From contig CAVZIW010000004.1 of NCBI GenBank assembly GCA_963775465.1, positions 128,040 to 192,039 of the forward strand: DNA of 64,000 bases, given 5' to 3'. This document shows, piece after piece, positions 1 to 8,974 of the stretch. Each line of letters starts with the position of its first letter. The first letter of the stretch is position 1. The stretch is from Candidatus Bathyarchaeota archaeon (GTDB lineage Archaea; Thermoproteota; Bathyarchaeia; Bathyarchaeales; Bathycorpusculaceae). The position numbers and the translations under genes were made by a program. The notes beneath the pieces are model-generated. The model saw nothing but the letters and a program-made list of their open reading frames with translations, was not told where the DNA came from and searched no databases.

Positions 1-1115
1 TCTAGTCGCAGATCATAATGGAGTCTTCGTGCATGGTGTTCTTGGATAACAAAGATTAGTTTGCCTTTCTTTTTTTCTATGGAGGCTTTTGGTTCGGGGG
101 TTTCTTCAAAACGGCGTTTTGAGGCGTATTCTGATAGTGGTGTTGAGTTTGTGTGACCAGTTTTTTTGTTTTCCACAATCTGGTCGATTATGCATTCTGA
201 TGGCAGTTTATCGTCTCTTAGGCGTTTAAATCGTGCCATCCTCAACCTCATGTCCCGGGTTAAGACTTGATAGGCTACTTCGCAAACTAGCTTGGGTTCA
301 AGCCAAGTAACTATATCGCCCGTTTCTGGTTTGAATGGAGCAACTTGTGTTTTTATTTTTTCAAATTTGTCAATTAAGAGTCTGATCATTTCCTGTGTGA
401 AACCCGTTCCGACCTTCCCCAAATAAACGGGTTTGTTCCCGTCGTAAACCCCAATCAGGAGCGCTCCGAAGGTTGCGTTTCGGGATTTGCTGCCTTTTGA
501 GTAGCCAAAGATTACGCAGTCACATGTTTTTAGTTTCTTTATTTTCAGCCAGCTCCCTGTCCGTAAAGCTTCCTCATACTCGCTATCCTTTCTTTTCGCC
601 ACAATCCCTTCCAAGCCCTTTGCCAAAGCGGATTCAAAGTAAGCTTCCCCTTTTTCCTCTATAAAATCGCACAAGAGCACGTTAGCTCCTTCTTTCAACG
701 AGTCCTTCAGAATTTCTTTGCGCTTCATCAAGGGCAGATTAGTGAGTGATTTTCCATCTTTTTCTAAAATGTCAAAAACGATGTAGACTGCAGGTAGTTT
801 GCTTGAATGCCTTTGGATTTCAAGTTTGGAAACTGCTGCCCCACGCTCCAGCAGAGATTGGAAGTCGGGTTTGCCTTCACGCATGACAATGATTTCCCCG
901 TCGACCACAATGTTACTGGCAAGCTTTTTTAGTTCTATAAGTTCGGGAAAGCTTTGTTTTAGCTCTTTCATGTTTCGGCTCTTGAGGCTAAAGGGTTCTT
1001 CAATGTAGGCGATTGCCCTAAATCCGTCCCATTTTACCTCAAAAATCCAGTCTTTATTCGAAAAAGCTTTCTCGGCAACCTTTGCAAGCATCGGGCGGTA
1101 GTTGTGGCGACTCAT
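1..1115 (-). CDS. ligD: NHEJ ATP-dependent DNA ligase fused to a C-terminal 3'-phosphoesterase (PE) domain; 3' end runs off the window
   Basis: Absent from the ORF track, presumably because it runs off the window; both ends hand-translated in one frame. ATG at 1115-1113 overlaps the Ku stop. MSRHNYRPMLAK...WIFEVKWDGFRA (KxDG adenylation motif)...RFKRLRDDK (motif VI), then LSEYASKRRFEETPEP...FVIQEHHARRLHYDLRLE (PE signature). Confidence 0.92.
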   Translation of the reverse strand, partial: MSRHNYRPMLAKVAEKAFSNKDWIFEVKWDGFRAIAYIEEPFSLKSRNMKELKQSFPELIELKKLASNIVVDGEIIVMREGKPDFQSLLERGAAVSKLEIQRHSSKLPAVYIVFDILEKDGKSLTNLPLMKRKEILKDSLKEGANVLLCDFIEEKGEAYFESALAKGLEGIVAKRKDSEYEEALRTGSWLKIKKLKTCDCVIFGYSKGSKSRNATFGALLIGVYDGNKPVYLGKVGTGFTQEMIRLLIDKFEKIKTQVAPFKPETGDIVTWLEPKLVCEVAYQVLTRDMRLRMARFKRLRDDKLPSECIIDQIVENKKTGHTNSTPLSEYASKRRFEETPEPKASIEKKKGKLIFVIQEHHARRLHYDLRL

Positions 1116-1969
1116 TTCTGCTCCAACTGCTTGAGGGTGTCACGTAGAGCAACCATAAGACTCTTCGCTTCGACTTCTGGAGGCTTCTCGATGTGGATTT
1201 TTTCGCCTTTCACCTTTTGCTTAACCAGTTCTTGGACGCGTTTCATGTAGGTGTCTTCGAATTCTGTTATGTCAAATTCGCCTGAGAGGTCAGATACGAT
1301 TTTAACTGCAAGATCTAACTCTGTTTTCTGTGGAGTCTCGAGTTTGTGTAAGGGTTCAAAGTCTGTAGGGTCTACGACGTCGTAGGCGTAGCGGAGTGTT
1401 GTTATGACTAGAGCGCCTTTGTAGGTGTGTAGTAATGCGGGGTATTCTTTGGTTCGTAGGGTTATGCGGGCAGCACCTGCTTTGTTTGTTTTTTCTAATG
1501 CGTTAAATAGTAGACTGTAGGCGTCTTTGCTTTTGTCAGGTAACAAAGCGTAGGTTCGGTCAAAATAGACGGGATCTACTGAAAAGTAATCTACAAACTT
1601 GCTGATTCGGATGCGCCTGTCCGATTCGGGTTTGGCGGCGTTGAGTTCTTTTTGGTCAAAGGTTATGTATTCGTTTTTGGCGACTTCGTAGCCGCGGACA
1701 ACTTCATTCCAAGGGACAATCTTGTCGTCTTTAGTGCACATTTTAACGTATTTTAAGGGTTGACCATCGACCTTATGCAAAAAATGAAACGATATACCCT
1801 TGTCATAAATCATCGAAAATAACTTAACAGGCACATTTACTAAGCCGATGGTGATGTTTCCCGACCAAATAGACCTGCTTGGGGCGGGCGCACTGGTTTT
1901 TTCTGTTTCGGATCGCTCCGAGTTTTTTGTTTGTTCTTCTTGCTCTGAACCCAAAAGATATCTCTCCAA
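1112..1969 (-). CDS. ku: Ku DNA end-binding protein (NHEJ)
   Basis: RSIWSGNITIGLVNVPVKL N-terminal Ku motif; VDPVYFDRTYAL; FDITEFEDTY; SLMVALRDTL C-terminus. Exact start uncertain. Confidence 0.95.
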   Translation of the reverse strand: MERYLLGSEQEEQTKNSERSETEKTSAPAPSRSIWSGNITIGLVNVPVKLFSMIYDKGISFHFLHKVDGQPLKYVKMCTKDDKIVPWNEVVRGYEVAKNEYITFDQKELNAAKPESDRRIRISKFVDYFSVDPVYFDRTYALLPDKSKDAYSLLFNALEKTNKAGAARITLRTKEYPALLHTYKGALVITTLRYAYDVVDPTDFEPLHKLETPQKTELDLAVKIVSDLSGEFDITEFEDTYMKRVQELVKQKVKGEKIHIEKPPEVEAKSLMVALRDTLKQLEQK

Positions 1970-2079
1970 AAATCTTAAAAATCAAGCACTAGATCTATAC
2001 GTTTTCAAGGTTTTAACCTTTTTCAAAACAGGAAGAAGATTATAGAAAAAGCAGTTCTGTCCCTATTTTCATGAGCAGT

Positions 2080-3288
2080 TTATTTTTTCTTTTTTGGTTG
2101 CTTCATATTGTTAGCTTTAAAGGCAGCCAATGCGGCTTCTGCTTTTGGACCGCCTAATTCTTTTGCGACTTCTTTGAGTTTTTCAGGTATGTTTATGCCT
2201 TGTGGACACCGCACCATACATTGTTTGCAGTCTTTGCATAGAGCTGCATCCGCGCGAATACCGGTCAATCCGCCCATCAAAAACATGGCGTACATGCCAC
2301 GAGCCTGCTGTTCATCGCCTGAAATGTAGAGGTCATTGTAGGCTTGAAAGTTTCGGGGGATGCTAACGCCATTGGGGCAGGGCATGCAATATTGGCATCC
2401 TGTGCAGGGTACTTTGAGTAGTTTGCGATATGCATCGGAGACAGATTTTATCACTTTGAGTTCATTTGGATTCATGGAGCTGGGCAATGCGGATTCAGCA
2501 GTTTTGATGTTTTCGAGTATTTGCTTTTCCTGGTTCATCCCTGACAAAACGAGGGTTACTTCAGGATGATTCCAAACCCATCGCAGCCCCCATTCAGCAG
2601 GAGTCCGCTTAATTGGCACTGCATCGTAGATTTTTTGGGCTTCAACTGGCAATTTGTTGGCTAAGCTGCCGCCTCGCAACGGCTCCATAACCATAACCGC
2701 GAGTTTTTTGGAAGCCGCATACTTTAGGCCTTCAGTGCCAGCCTGTAATTTCTCGTCAAGAAAGTTGTATTGGATTTGGCACATAGTCCAATCGTTGGCT
2801 TCTATGATTTCTTTGAAGGTTGAAATGGAACCGTGGAATGAGAAGCCCATGTTAGCGATTTTGCCTTCTTTTTTGGCTTTTTCAAGGAATTTTAGAGCTC
2901 CGAACCTTTGCATTTTTTTCCAGAACTCTGCCTCAAGTCCATGCAGCAGGTAATAGTCTATGTGGTCGGTTTGGAGTTTTTGAAGCTGTGTATTTAACAT
3001 TTTTTCCATATCTTCAGCTTTATGAAGCATGAAGGGTGTAAGTTTAGTGGCGATTTTTACTTTGTTTCGGTAACCGTCAAGTAACGCTTTTCCCAGTATT
3101 TTTTCGCTTTCGCCCATATGGTAGGGTGGAGCAGAATCAACATAGTTTACGCCGTTTTCTATGGCTAAGCGGATTTGTTTGATGGCGCGTTCTTCATCAA
3201 CAACTTGTTCTTTCATGGGGAGACGCATACATCCGAATCCGAGAACAGATAGTTTGTCGCCGTTTTTTGGAACAATCCTGTATTGCAT
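2080..3288 (-). CDS. Aldo/keto reductase with C-terminal 4Fe-4S dicluster domain
   Basis: LSVLGFGCMRLP, DYYLLH, CQIQYNFLD, VMEPLRGG; CTGCQYCMPCP and CKDCKQCMVRCPQ. Confidence 0.93.
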   Translation of the reverse strand: MQYRIVPKNGDKLSVLGFGCMRLPMKEQVVDEERAIKQIRLAIENGVNYVDSAPPYHMGESEKILGKALLDGYRNKVKIATKLTPFMLHKAEDMEKMLNTQLQKLQTDHIDYYLLHGLEAEFWKKMQRFGALKFLEKAKKEGKIANMGFSFHGSISTFKEIIEANDWTMCQIQYNFLDEKLQAGTEGLKYAASKKLAVMVMEPLRGGSLANKLPVEAQKIYDAVPIKRTPAEWGLRWVWNHPEVTLVLSGMNQEKQILENIKTAESALPSSMNPNELKVIKSVSDAYRKLLKVPCTGCQYCMPCPNGVSIPRNFQAYNDLYISGDEQQARGMYAMFLMGGLTGIRADAALCKDCKQCMVRCPQGINIPEKLKEVAKELGGPKAEAALAAFKANNMKQPKKKK

Positions 3289-3322
3289 ATTCTACACTCC
3301 GTCTAACCAAAAACACATTTTA

Positions 3323-3338
3323 TTGACTGAGTAGTCAA
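3323..3338. promoter_or_regulatory. Palindromic operator candidate upstream of the aldo/keto reductase
   Basis: TTGACT-GAGT-AGTCAA (6-4-6 inverted repeat) next to an AT-rich TATA-like stretch. Confidence 0.45.
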
Positions 3339-3387
3339 CATAAAATATTTTTACCTTTAAACCTTACCGAATCTACTTGCGAAAATC

Positions 3388-4260
3388 TTAAATTTTCAGT
3401 TTGCATTTTTTCTCAAAAATATCTTTCCACGGATTACTATTCCGCTTGGCTACACTAAAAATAGTGTAATCAGAAGGAGTTATGCCTTTTTTTACTTCGC
3501 TCCATTCCATCGGCGTAGAAACTGTTGCGTTTGGAGTAGACCTCAAACTATATGGTATTACCATGGTTCGCATCGGAGAATTCTGAAGGTAATCAGCGAA
3601 AACTTTTCCCGGCTTTTTGGTATCTTTGAATTCGGAAACAACCAAATCGTTTTCTTTAGCTAATTCGATTCCTATGCTGTGAACGAAAGCGCGGGTTTTC
3701 TCAAACGAGTGTTCAGGAAAGATGGGGATCACAACATGCAAGCCTTTTTTGCCTGAAGTTTTGACAAAGGGTGTTAGCCCAAGCTCTAAGAGTTTGTCTT
3801 TTAGAAGCAAAGCAACTTCGGCTGCGTCACTTAATGTTGCAGGCGGTTCAGGGTCAACGTCAAAAAAGAGCAGGTCTGGTTTGTTCAAGTCTTCCGTAGT
3901 GGAAAATGGCATGTGAATTTCGATTGAAGCCAAGTTTGCAAGCCAGATTAAGGTGTCTAGGTCATTGCAAACTATGTAGGCTACGTCTCGTTTGGATGCT
4001 GGAGAATAGATGCTTTTGGTTTTTACCCATTTTGGTGTGCCTTGGGGAGCGTTCTTTTCGTAAAAGCTTACTTTTTTGTGATCTACTCCATCGGGATAAC
4101 GAGTTAAAACTAGAGGTCGATTAGCGATGATTGGAAGAATTTTTGGAGCCATTTTGATATAGTGTTCGATTACTTGGGCCTTGGTTACTTTGATTTCTGG
4201 GTAGAATGTTTTATTCAAGTTTTTTAAGCCAACTTTAGTTAAGTGTTTGAGTTCTTCCAT
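3388..4260 (-). CDS. Stand-alone LigD primase-polymerase domain protein (NHEJ polymerase)
   Basis: LVLTRYPDGV, FYEKNAP, LIWLANLASIEIH, PDLLFFDVDP (DxD), KTSGKKGLHV, FADYLQN, PYSLR, VSTPMEW. Confidence 0.93.
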   Translation of the reverse strand: MEELKHLTKVGLKNLNKTFYPEIKVTKAQVIEHYIKMAPKILPIIANRPLVLTRYPDGVDHKKVSFYEKNAPQGTPKWVKTKSIYSPASKRDVAYIVCNDLDTLIWLANLASIEIHMPFSTTEDLNKPDLLFFDVDPEPPATLSDAAEVALLLKDKLLELGLTPFVKTSGKKGLHVVIPIFPEHSFEKTRAFVHSIGIELAKENDLVVSEFKDTKKPGKVFADYLQNSPMRTMVIPYSLRSTPNATVSTPMEWSEVKKGITPSDYTIFSVAKRNSNPWKDIFEKKCKLKI

Positions 4261-4519
4261 AAGGTGCGCTCCAAAAATTGGGGTTTAGAATATTTTATGT
4301 GCAGTCAACTTCTTTTGCTTTTTGGAGAAAAAATTCTGTAAAAGTGTATAAAAGTAATCTTTTCCTTACAAAAAGTGTTTTTTTTACAGTTACATCTATA
4401 TACTCAGCACAATAGTATTAAATTGCAGAATTTAATCAAGAAAAAGTAAATTTTACTAGCTACAGTTTGCTTTTTTCGAGATGATTCGCTAAAAATAAAT
4501 GGAGAAATAAGATAACATT

Positions 4520-5143
4520 ATGAAACCAAAAAAGCCGACCTTAGAAGATCAACTCGCATTTATCTCAGCCCAAAACGATATTTATCCAACTGAGCTCTTC
4601 CAAGCTTTAGTTTCATCAAAAGAAGAAGGCAAAACAGCAGTAGCAAACTTAACAATAGAATATAGAGGAAACATTAACGATCAAGCTATCTTCCTCATAA
4701 AGAAAGACGACAAAGTCGTTGCACAATTCAGAGTCCCAGAAGAAACACTATCAAGAAAAGACGTTTCTTTTGACAACTGGATGGATACAAGCAGGATACG
4801 CAAAGAAATCGCCAAACAAAACCCATTGCCCTCGCATCTAAAAATCGAGGATTTGCGGGTTGGAATGAAAAAAATAAACTTAAACCTGGAAGTTTTAGAG
4901 ACCGCCGAACCAGCAAGGGTTCACACTCAGTTTAGGGACAATGCAATCGTTTCAAATGCAGTTGTTGGAGATGAAACTGGAAAGATTCTGTTGTGCCTCT
5001 GGGATCAACAAATTAACTCTGTTGCTACAGGCGATTTCATAGAGGTCAAAAATGCACACGTTGCCATGTTTAAAGGCGAAAAACAATTGCGACTGGGCAA
5101 AAACGGAACAATCACTGTTCTTGAAAAACCACTCAGCAACTAA
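4520..5143 (+). CDS. OB-fold single-stranded DNA-binding (SSB/RPA-like) protein with N-terminal extension
   Basis: C-terminal half KIEDLRVGMKKINL...VGDETGKILLCLWD...GEKQLRLGKNG matches the archaeal SSB OB fold. Confidence 0.8.
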   Translation: MKPKKPTLEDQLAFISAQNDIYPTELFQALVSSKEEGKTAVANLTIEYRGNINDQAIFLIKKDDKVVAQFRVPEETLSRKDVSFDNWMDTSRIRKEIAKQNPLPSHLKIEDLRVGMKKINLNLEVLETAEPARVHTQFRDNAIVSNAVVGDETGKILLCLWDQQINSVATGDFIEVKNAHVAMFKGEKQLRLGKNGTITVLEKPLSN

Positions 5144-5321
5144 TCCAGCTTTCTTTTTTGAAGTTTTTTTGACTTAATCTTTTTAGTATTAAATAATTTG
5201 AAAGCAGCATAATCCTTTAGCTCTTGACAAAAAAAAGTACACGCAATGGACAACCGATTTTTTTGAAACTTTAACTTATTGCCTAAATAGAAGTGGGATT
5301 TTTGAAGTAAAAAAAGGAAGA

Positions 5322-5693
5322 TTAGACATATTTCTTGTCGTTATAGCAGTACCATCGTTGGTATTGAGGTATCCACGTTAATGGTTTGCCGCATGTTGGA
5401 CATGTTGGTTGAGTTGTTTGTTCTTGTTGAGGGGCTTGAGTTTGTTGAAGGGGCTGATGAGTCCTAACAGATTCAGCTACTGGTTTTAAGACTATGAAAT
5501 CGCAGGCAGCTTGAACCTCGTCCCAGCCAATGGTTTGAACTTCTCCGTCTTTTTTCTCAATCGTTATTGAGATGCCCATTTTTCCAATGGCGAAAACGAC
5601 GTCTTTGACTTTTCCAACTAATTGTCCTTTTGCGTTTATGACTTGCATAGAAATTAGTTCATCGCGGGTTAATGGTTTGTCGGTTCCTTCCAT
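5322..5693 (-). CDS. PRC-barrel domain protein with C-terminal zinc ribbon
   Basis: Start re-assigned to ATG at 5693 (MEGTDKPLTRDELISMQVINAKGQLVGKVKDV); Q-rich linker; CPTCGKPLTWIPQYQRWYCYND. Confidence 0.75.
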   Translation of the reverse strand: MEGTDKPLTRDELISMQVINAKGQLVGKVKDVVFAIGKMGISITIEKKDGEVQTIGWDEVQAACDFIVLKPVAESVRTHQPLQQTQAPQQEQTTQPTCPTCGKPLTWIPQYQRWYCYNDKKYV

Positions 5694-5767
5694 TTCAGGT
5701 TCACTTCTGATCTGAATAGCTGTTTCTTGTTTAAAGTTTTTTCGTTTCTTGCTAGAACCAAATTTGT

Positions 5768-6319
5768 CTATTGCAGCGGAATTTCCCAGTAGCTGATTAT
5801 GTCGCCTTTCACCCATTTGCCGCCTAGACTTCGCACAACTTCGTTTATGTCATCCCATTCAGTTTTTAAAAAAGTCACGGGCTTAACTATGACATAATCG
5901 TCTTTTACAGAGAAGTTGAGTAGTTTCTGTTGATCTGGAGTAAACTCGTTTTCCATTTTCGATGCATATCGACTTAATGGTGGCTTAGTATGTCTGGGGA
6001 TTAGTGGTTTGCTTTCCTCCAAAACTTCGGTTTTGACTGTTATTGTAGGCTTGGGCATAAGTTCAGGTTCTGAGGCTGAGAGGGTAAGTTCAGGAATCGG
6101 AATTGATTCGGCTACGTCAGCAAAACTGTCACTTCTTACAACAAGTAATATTTGTTTTGCAAACAAGTCCATTTTTGCACTCAATATTTCAGCATCATTT
6201 GGTAGATTTTGGGCAAAAGAGGCTTGTTTTGCCTTTAGTAGAGAGATTAAATATTCAGGCGTTAACTTTATGATTCTTAGTTTCATGATAATTTCTGGTT
6301 TGTTTTTATTGGAGCGCAT
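5768..6319 (-). CDS. Hypothetical protein
   Basis: 183-aa ORF, co-oriented with neighbours. Confidence 0.65.
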   Translation of the reverse strand: MRSNKNKPEIIMKLRIIKLTPEYLISLLKAKQASFAQNLPNDAEILSAKMDLFAKQILLVVRSDSFADVAESIPIPELTLSASEPELMPKPTITVKTEVLEESKPLIPRHTKPPLSRYASKMENEFTPDQQKLLNFSVKDDYVIVKPVTFLKTEWDDINEVVRSLGGKWVKGDIISYWEIPLQ

Positions 6320-6378
6320 AACTTAAAAGTATTGGACAGAAATTTGGCAAAAGAAAAGGAAGGAAAAAGATGTTAGTT

Positions 6379-6960
6379 TTAGTTTTTTTGGCGGTTTCGC
6401 CAGTCGGCAAAGTTACCTACGTACATGCCCCATGCTTTTAATTTTGGTGAAATAGCTCTTATCAAAGCTGGGCAAGCAATAATGGCTATAGGCAAGTTCA
6501 ATACAAAGGTTCCCGGCAAAAGAGGCCAAGCGATTTCTGCAGGCAAAAGACCAACAAGTGTAAATTGCCATAAGATTGCGACCGTTCCTGCGAATAATGT
6601 TAAGGCGTAGATGCTTGAGAGTATTGTTATGCCTTTTGCTGAGTTGGCTTTGGAAGCAATTTTTGGGATAAGCAGCCAGTTTAGGCCATAAATTACTATT
6701 GCAGTCGTTACTTCAACCCAAGCTAGATGCAAAGGTAAACCTTCAACGTAAACTCCGCCTATGAAGGCGCCGATCATGCTTCCTACTAGACCGCTCCATC
6801 CAAACCAGAGTGGAAAGACTCCGAGAAGAATTATTGGAAGGTATAGAACAGTGAAGTTGGGTACGGGTGTTGCAAATGATAGGAAAAAGAATACTGCGTA
6901 TAGTGCAGCTGATATGGCGATGATTGAGGCACGTTTTGCGCTGCTTTGTTTTTGAATCAT
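6379..6960 (-). CDS. QueT-like / ECF S-component-like membrane protein
   Basis: Multiple TM helices; AISAALYA...FPLWFGWSGLVGSMIGAFIG resembles the QueT at 56956. Confidence 0.6.
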   Translation of the reverse strand: MIQKQSSAKRASIIAISAALYAVFFFLSFATPVPNFTVLYLPIILLGVFPLWFGWSGLVGSMIGAFIGGVYVEGLPLHLAWVEVTTAIVIYGLNWLLIPKIASKANSAKGITILSSIYALTLFAGTVAILWQFTLVGLLPAEIAWPLLPGTFVLNLPIAIIACPALIRAISPKLKAWGMYVGNFADWRNRQKN

Positions 6961-7017
6961 TTATTTTCAATCCTGTTTGACGCTTCAAAGCATGAAATAC
7001 ATAAAAGCATTTCCCAG

Positions 7018-7037
7018 TGTATTACATTTGTAATACA
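7018..7037. promoter_or_regulatory. Perfect palindromic operator candidate in a divergent promoter region
   Basis: TGTATTACA-TT-TGTAATACA (9-2-9). Confidence 0.55.
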
Positions 7038-7123
7038 TTAACCTTGGGGAGTACCCGACAACCAAATATAAAAGATTCAACCAAATCACTTAATCAAAAA
7101 GAACCAACCCAGAGAAAACACCC

Positions 7124-8038
7124 TTGAATCAAACATTAACCAAGAAGATCCTCATAGTTACAATAGTCTTGCTCATCACCCTAAACCTATACACACTAAT
7201 CACTGCATACCCTGAAACTTATACACCGAGCCCAGGAATAAACACCGCAGGCGACATACTATCCAAAGACTTCTCTGCCTACTACGTCGGCGCGTGGAGG
7301 TTTTGGAACAACCCGTCACAAATTTACCATTTCGGCGCACTAGGTGGGAATGAACCAGTTACGCCACCGCAGCCTGAAGCCTACAAGTATCTACCCTCTT
7401 TTTTGCTCCTTGTTTCCCCATTTCTTATGTTAGATTACCAACAAGCCCTAACAGCTTTTGACATCATTCAATTCTTGCTATTGCCCTTGATGGCTTACAT
7501 GCTCTACAAAATACTTAGAGACAAACATCTGGCAGCAAATGTTGTGGTTATGACTATTGCTCTGTTACTACCTCTTCCTGGAACGCAATGGGGGTTATTT
7601 CCAAGTTATTATTGGCAATGGGGTGAAGGACAAGCCAAAGTCTTCCTAACATTTTTGCTTCTGCTTAGCTTCTATCTTGGCAAAAGAGGCAGACCCGTCT
7701 TGTCAGGCATAGCTTTCGCCTTTGGATTTTTTGATCCCCGATTTGGGCTACTTGCAATCCCGCTTTACTTAATGTATAATCGACGAAACCTTAAACTTGC
7801 AGCTGCCAGCGCAATAGTCTCTTTGGGTTTGTCTAATTTGATTCTTTTTTACCCAGGGCTGGGAAGCAGTTTCATAGGAATGGCTTTCAACAACGCTGTT
7901 GCCACGCCACTGTATTATTACTCCTTGATTCCATTCTTGACTTTGATTGCGCTTATAGCAGTTAATTTCAAAGAATTGGTCGCAACGTTTGATTACAAAG
8001 GTGTATTCGCTAACTTCACAAAACCTTCAAGAAAATAG
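7124..8038 (+). CDS. GT87/DUF2029-like integral membrane glycosyltransferase
   Basis: DFSAYYVGA, YKYLPSFLLLVSPF, GQ motif; polytopic membrane protein. Confidence 0.75.
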   Translation: MNQTLTKKILIVTIVLLITLNLYTLITAYPETYTPSPGINTAGDILSKDFSAYYVGAWRFWNNPSQIYHFGALGGNEPVTPPQPEAYKYLPSFLLLVSPFLMLDYQQALTAFDIIQFLLLPLMAYMLYKILRDKHLAANVVVMTIALLLPLPGTQWGLFPSYYWQWGEGQAKVFLTFLLLLSFYLGKRGRPVLSGIAFAFGFFDPRFGLLAIPLYLMYNRRNLKLAAASAIVSLGLSNLILFYPGLGSSFIGMAFNNAVATPLYYYSLIPFLTLIALIAVNFKELVATFDYKGVFANFTKPSRK

Positions 8039-8127
8039 GTCGTTTTTGTCAGGGAAATCGAAAGCTTGGATTAATCAATTTGTGAATAGATTGTAAAAAA
8101 ATGTTTGTCTCATCAGTCAAAAGAAGG

Positions 8128-8706
8128 TTAAATGTGTTGGTTTATCAACTTTACAGTGTCTATAACGGTTAAGTCGAATTCGCATTTTGGACAAGTTTTC
8201 AGAATTTCATTTTTCCCGCCCAGTTTTAGTGGTTCTCCACAATGACAGCAATAGTAGGTTAGGATTTGTCCCATTCTAGATAATTGCTCTAAGAGTACAT
8301 CGATGTCGGTTTCCGGAAGGTTTTGTTTTTTGATTTTTTTGCGCGTTTCTTCTGCTTTTTCTGGCATTCCTATTTTAGCGTATTCCTCGGCTGCATCCTC
8401 AAAGCGTCCAGTCATCTCGAACTTTTTGATCCTTGCTTTAGCTACATTGGCTGGGTCGGGATCGTTAGTGAAATATTCGCATTTTAAGTTCTGTAGATAA
8501 GGTTCCTCAAGTTCGGTACCAAAGAGTTCACAAGAGTCTATATTGAAGAAAACGCAGGCTAAACAACTGTTCTTTTTATAAGCGGCATCTAGTGCATTGT
8601 AACAGTTAGGACAAACTTCGACTTTCTTACCATCTTTAACAGTGTTTAATGGTATACCACGGAAACTTTCATCACAAACTTGACATTGGGATTTCATTGT
8701 TCTCAA
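8128..8706 (-). CDS. Cys-rich multi-zinc-finger hypothetical protein
   Basis: CQVC, CPNC, CLAC, CCHC, CPKC pairs. Confidence 0.7.
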   Translation of the reverse strand: MRTMKSQCQVCDESFRGIPLNTVKDGKKVEVCPNCYNALDAAYKKNSCLACVFFNIDSCELFGTELEEPYLQNLKCEYFTNDPDPANVAKARIKKFEMTGRFEDAAEEYAKIGMPEKAEETRKKIKKQNLPETDIDVLLEQLSRMGQILTYYCCHCGEPLKLGGKNEILKTCPKCEFDLTVIDTVKLINQHI

Positions 8707-8974
8707 GAGGCTCTGTGAGTCATCATTTATTTGGGTTTCTCAAGAACAAGCAAAATTACCCTTTTGTTGAAGACAAGTTATATTTGAAACCTAAGAGACT
8801 ATAAAATTTATGAAATTTCCTTTCAGACAAACCGTGAAAGTAACATTCTGACAAGGTGCAATTATTAAAAATGCATCGAGCTATGCAATTTTTTGCAAAC
8901 AAAATTTAAATAACTATTAATTTATAAATTCTTACTGAAATTTTGTGTTTTATTGCAGAAGAGGCGAGTGTTAA

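Noticed and set aside
473-1008. Plus-strand ORFs 473..664 and 799..1008, and similar shadow ORFs throughout the track
   Set aside because: They are antisense shadows of well-supported genes, here the ligase.
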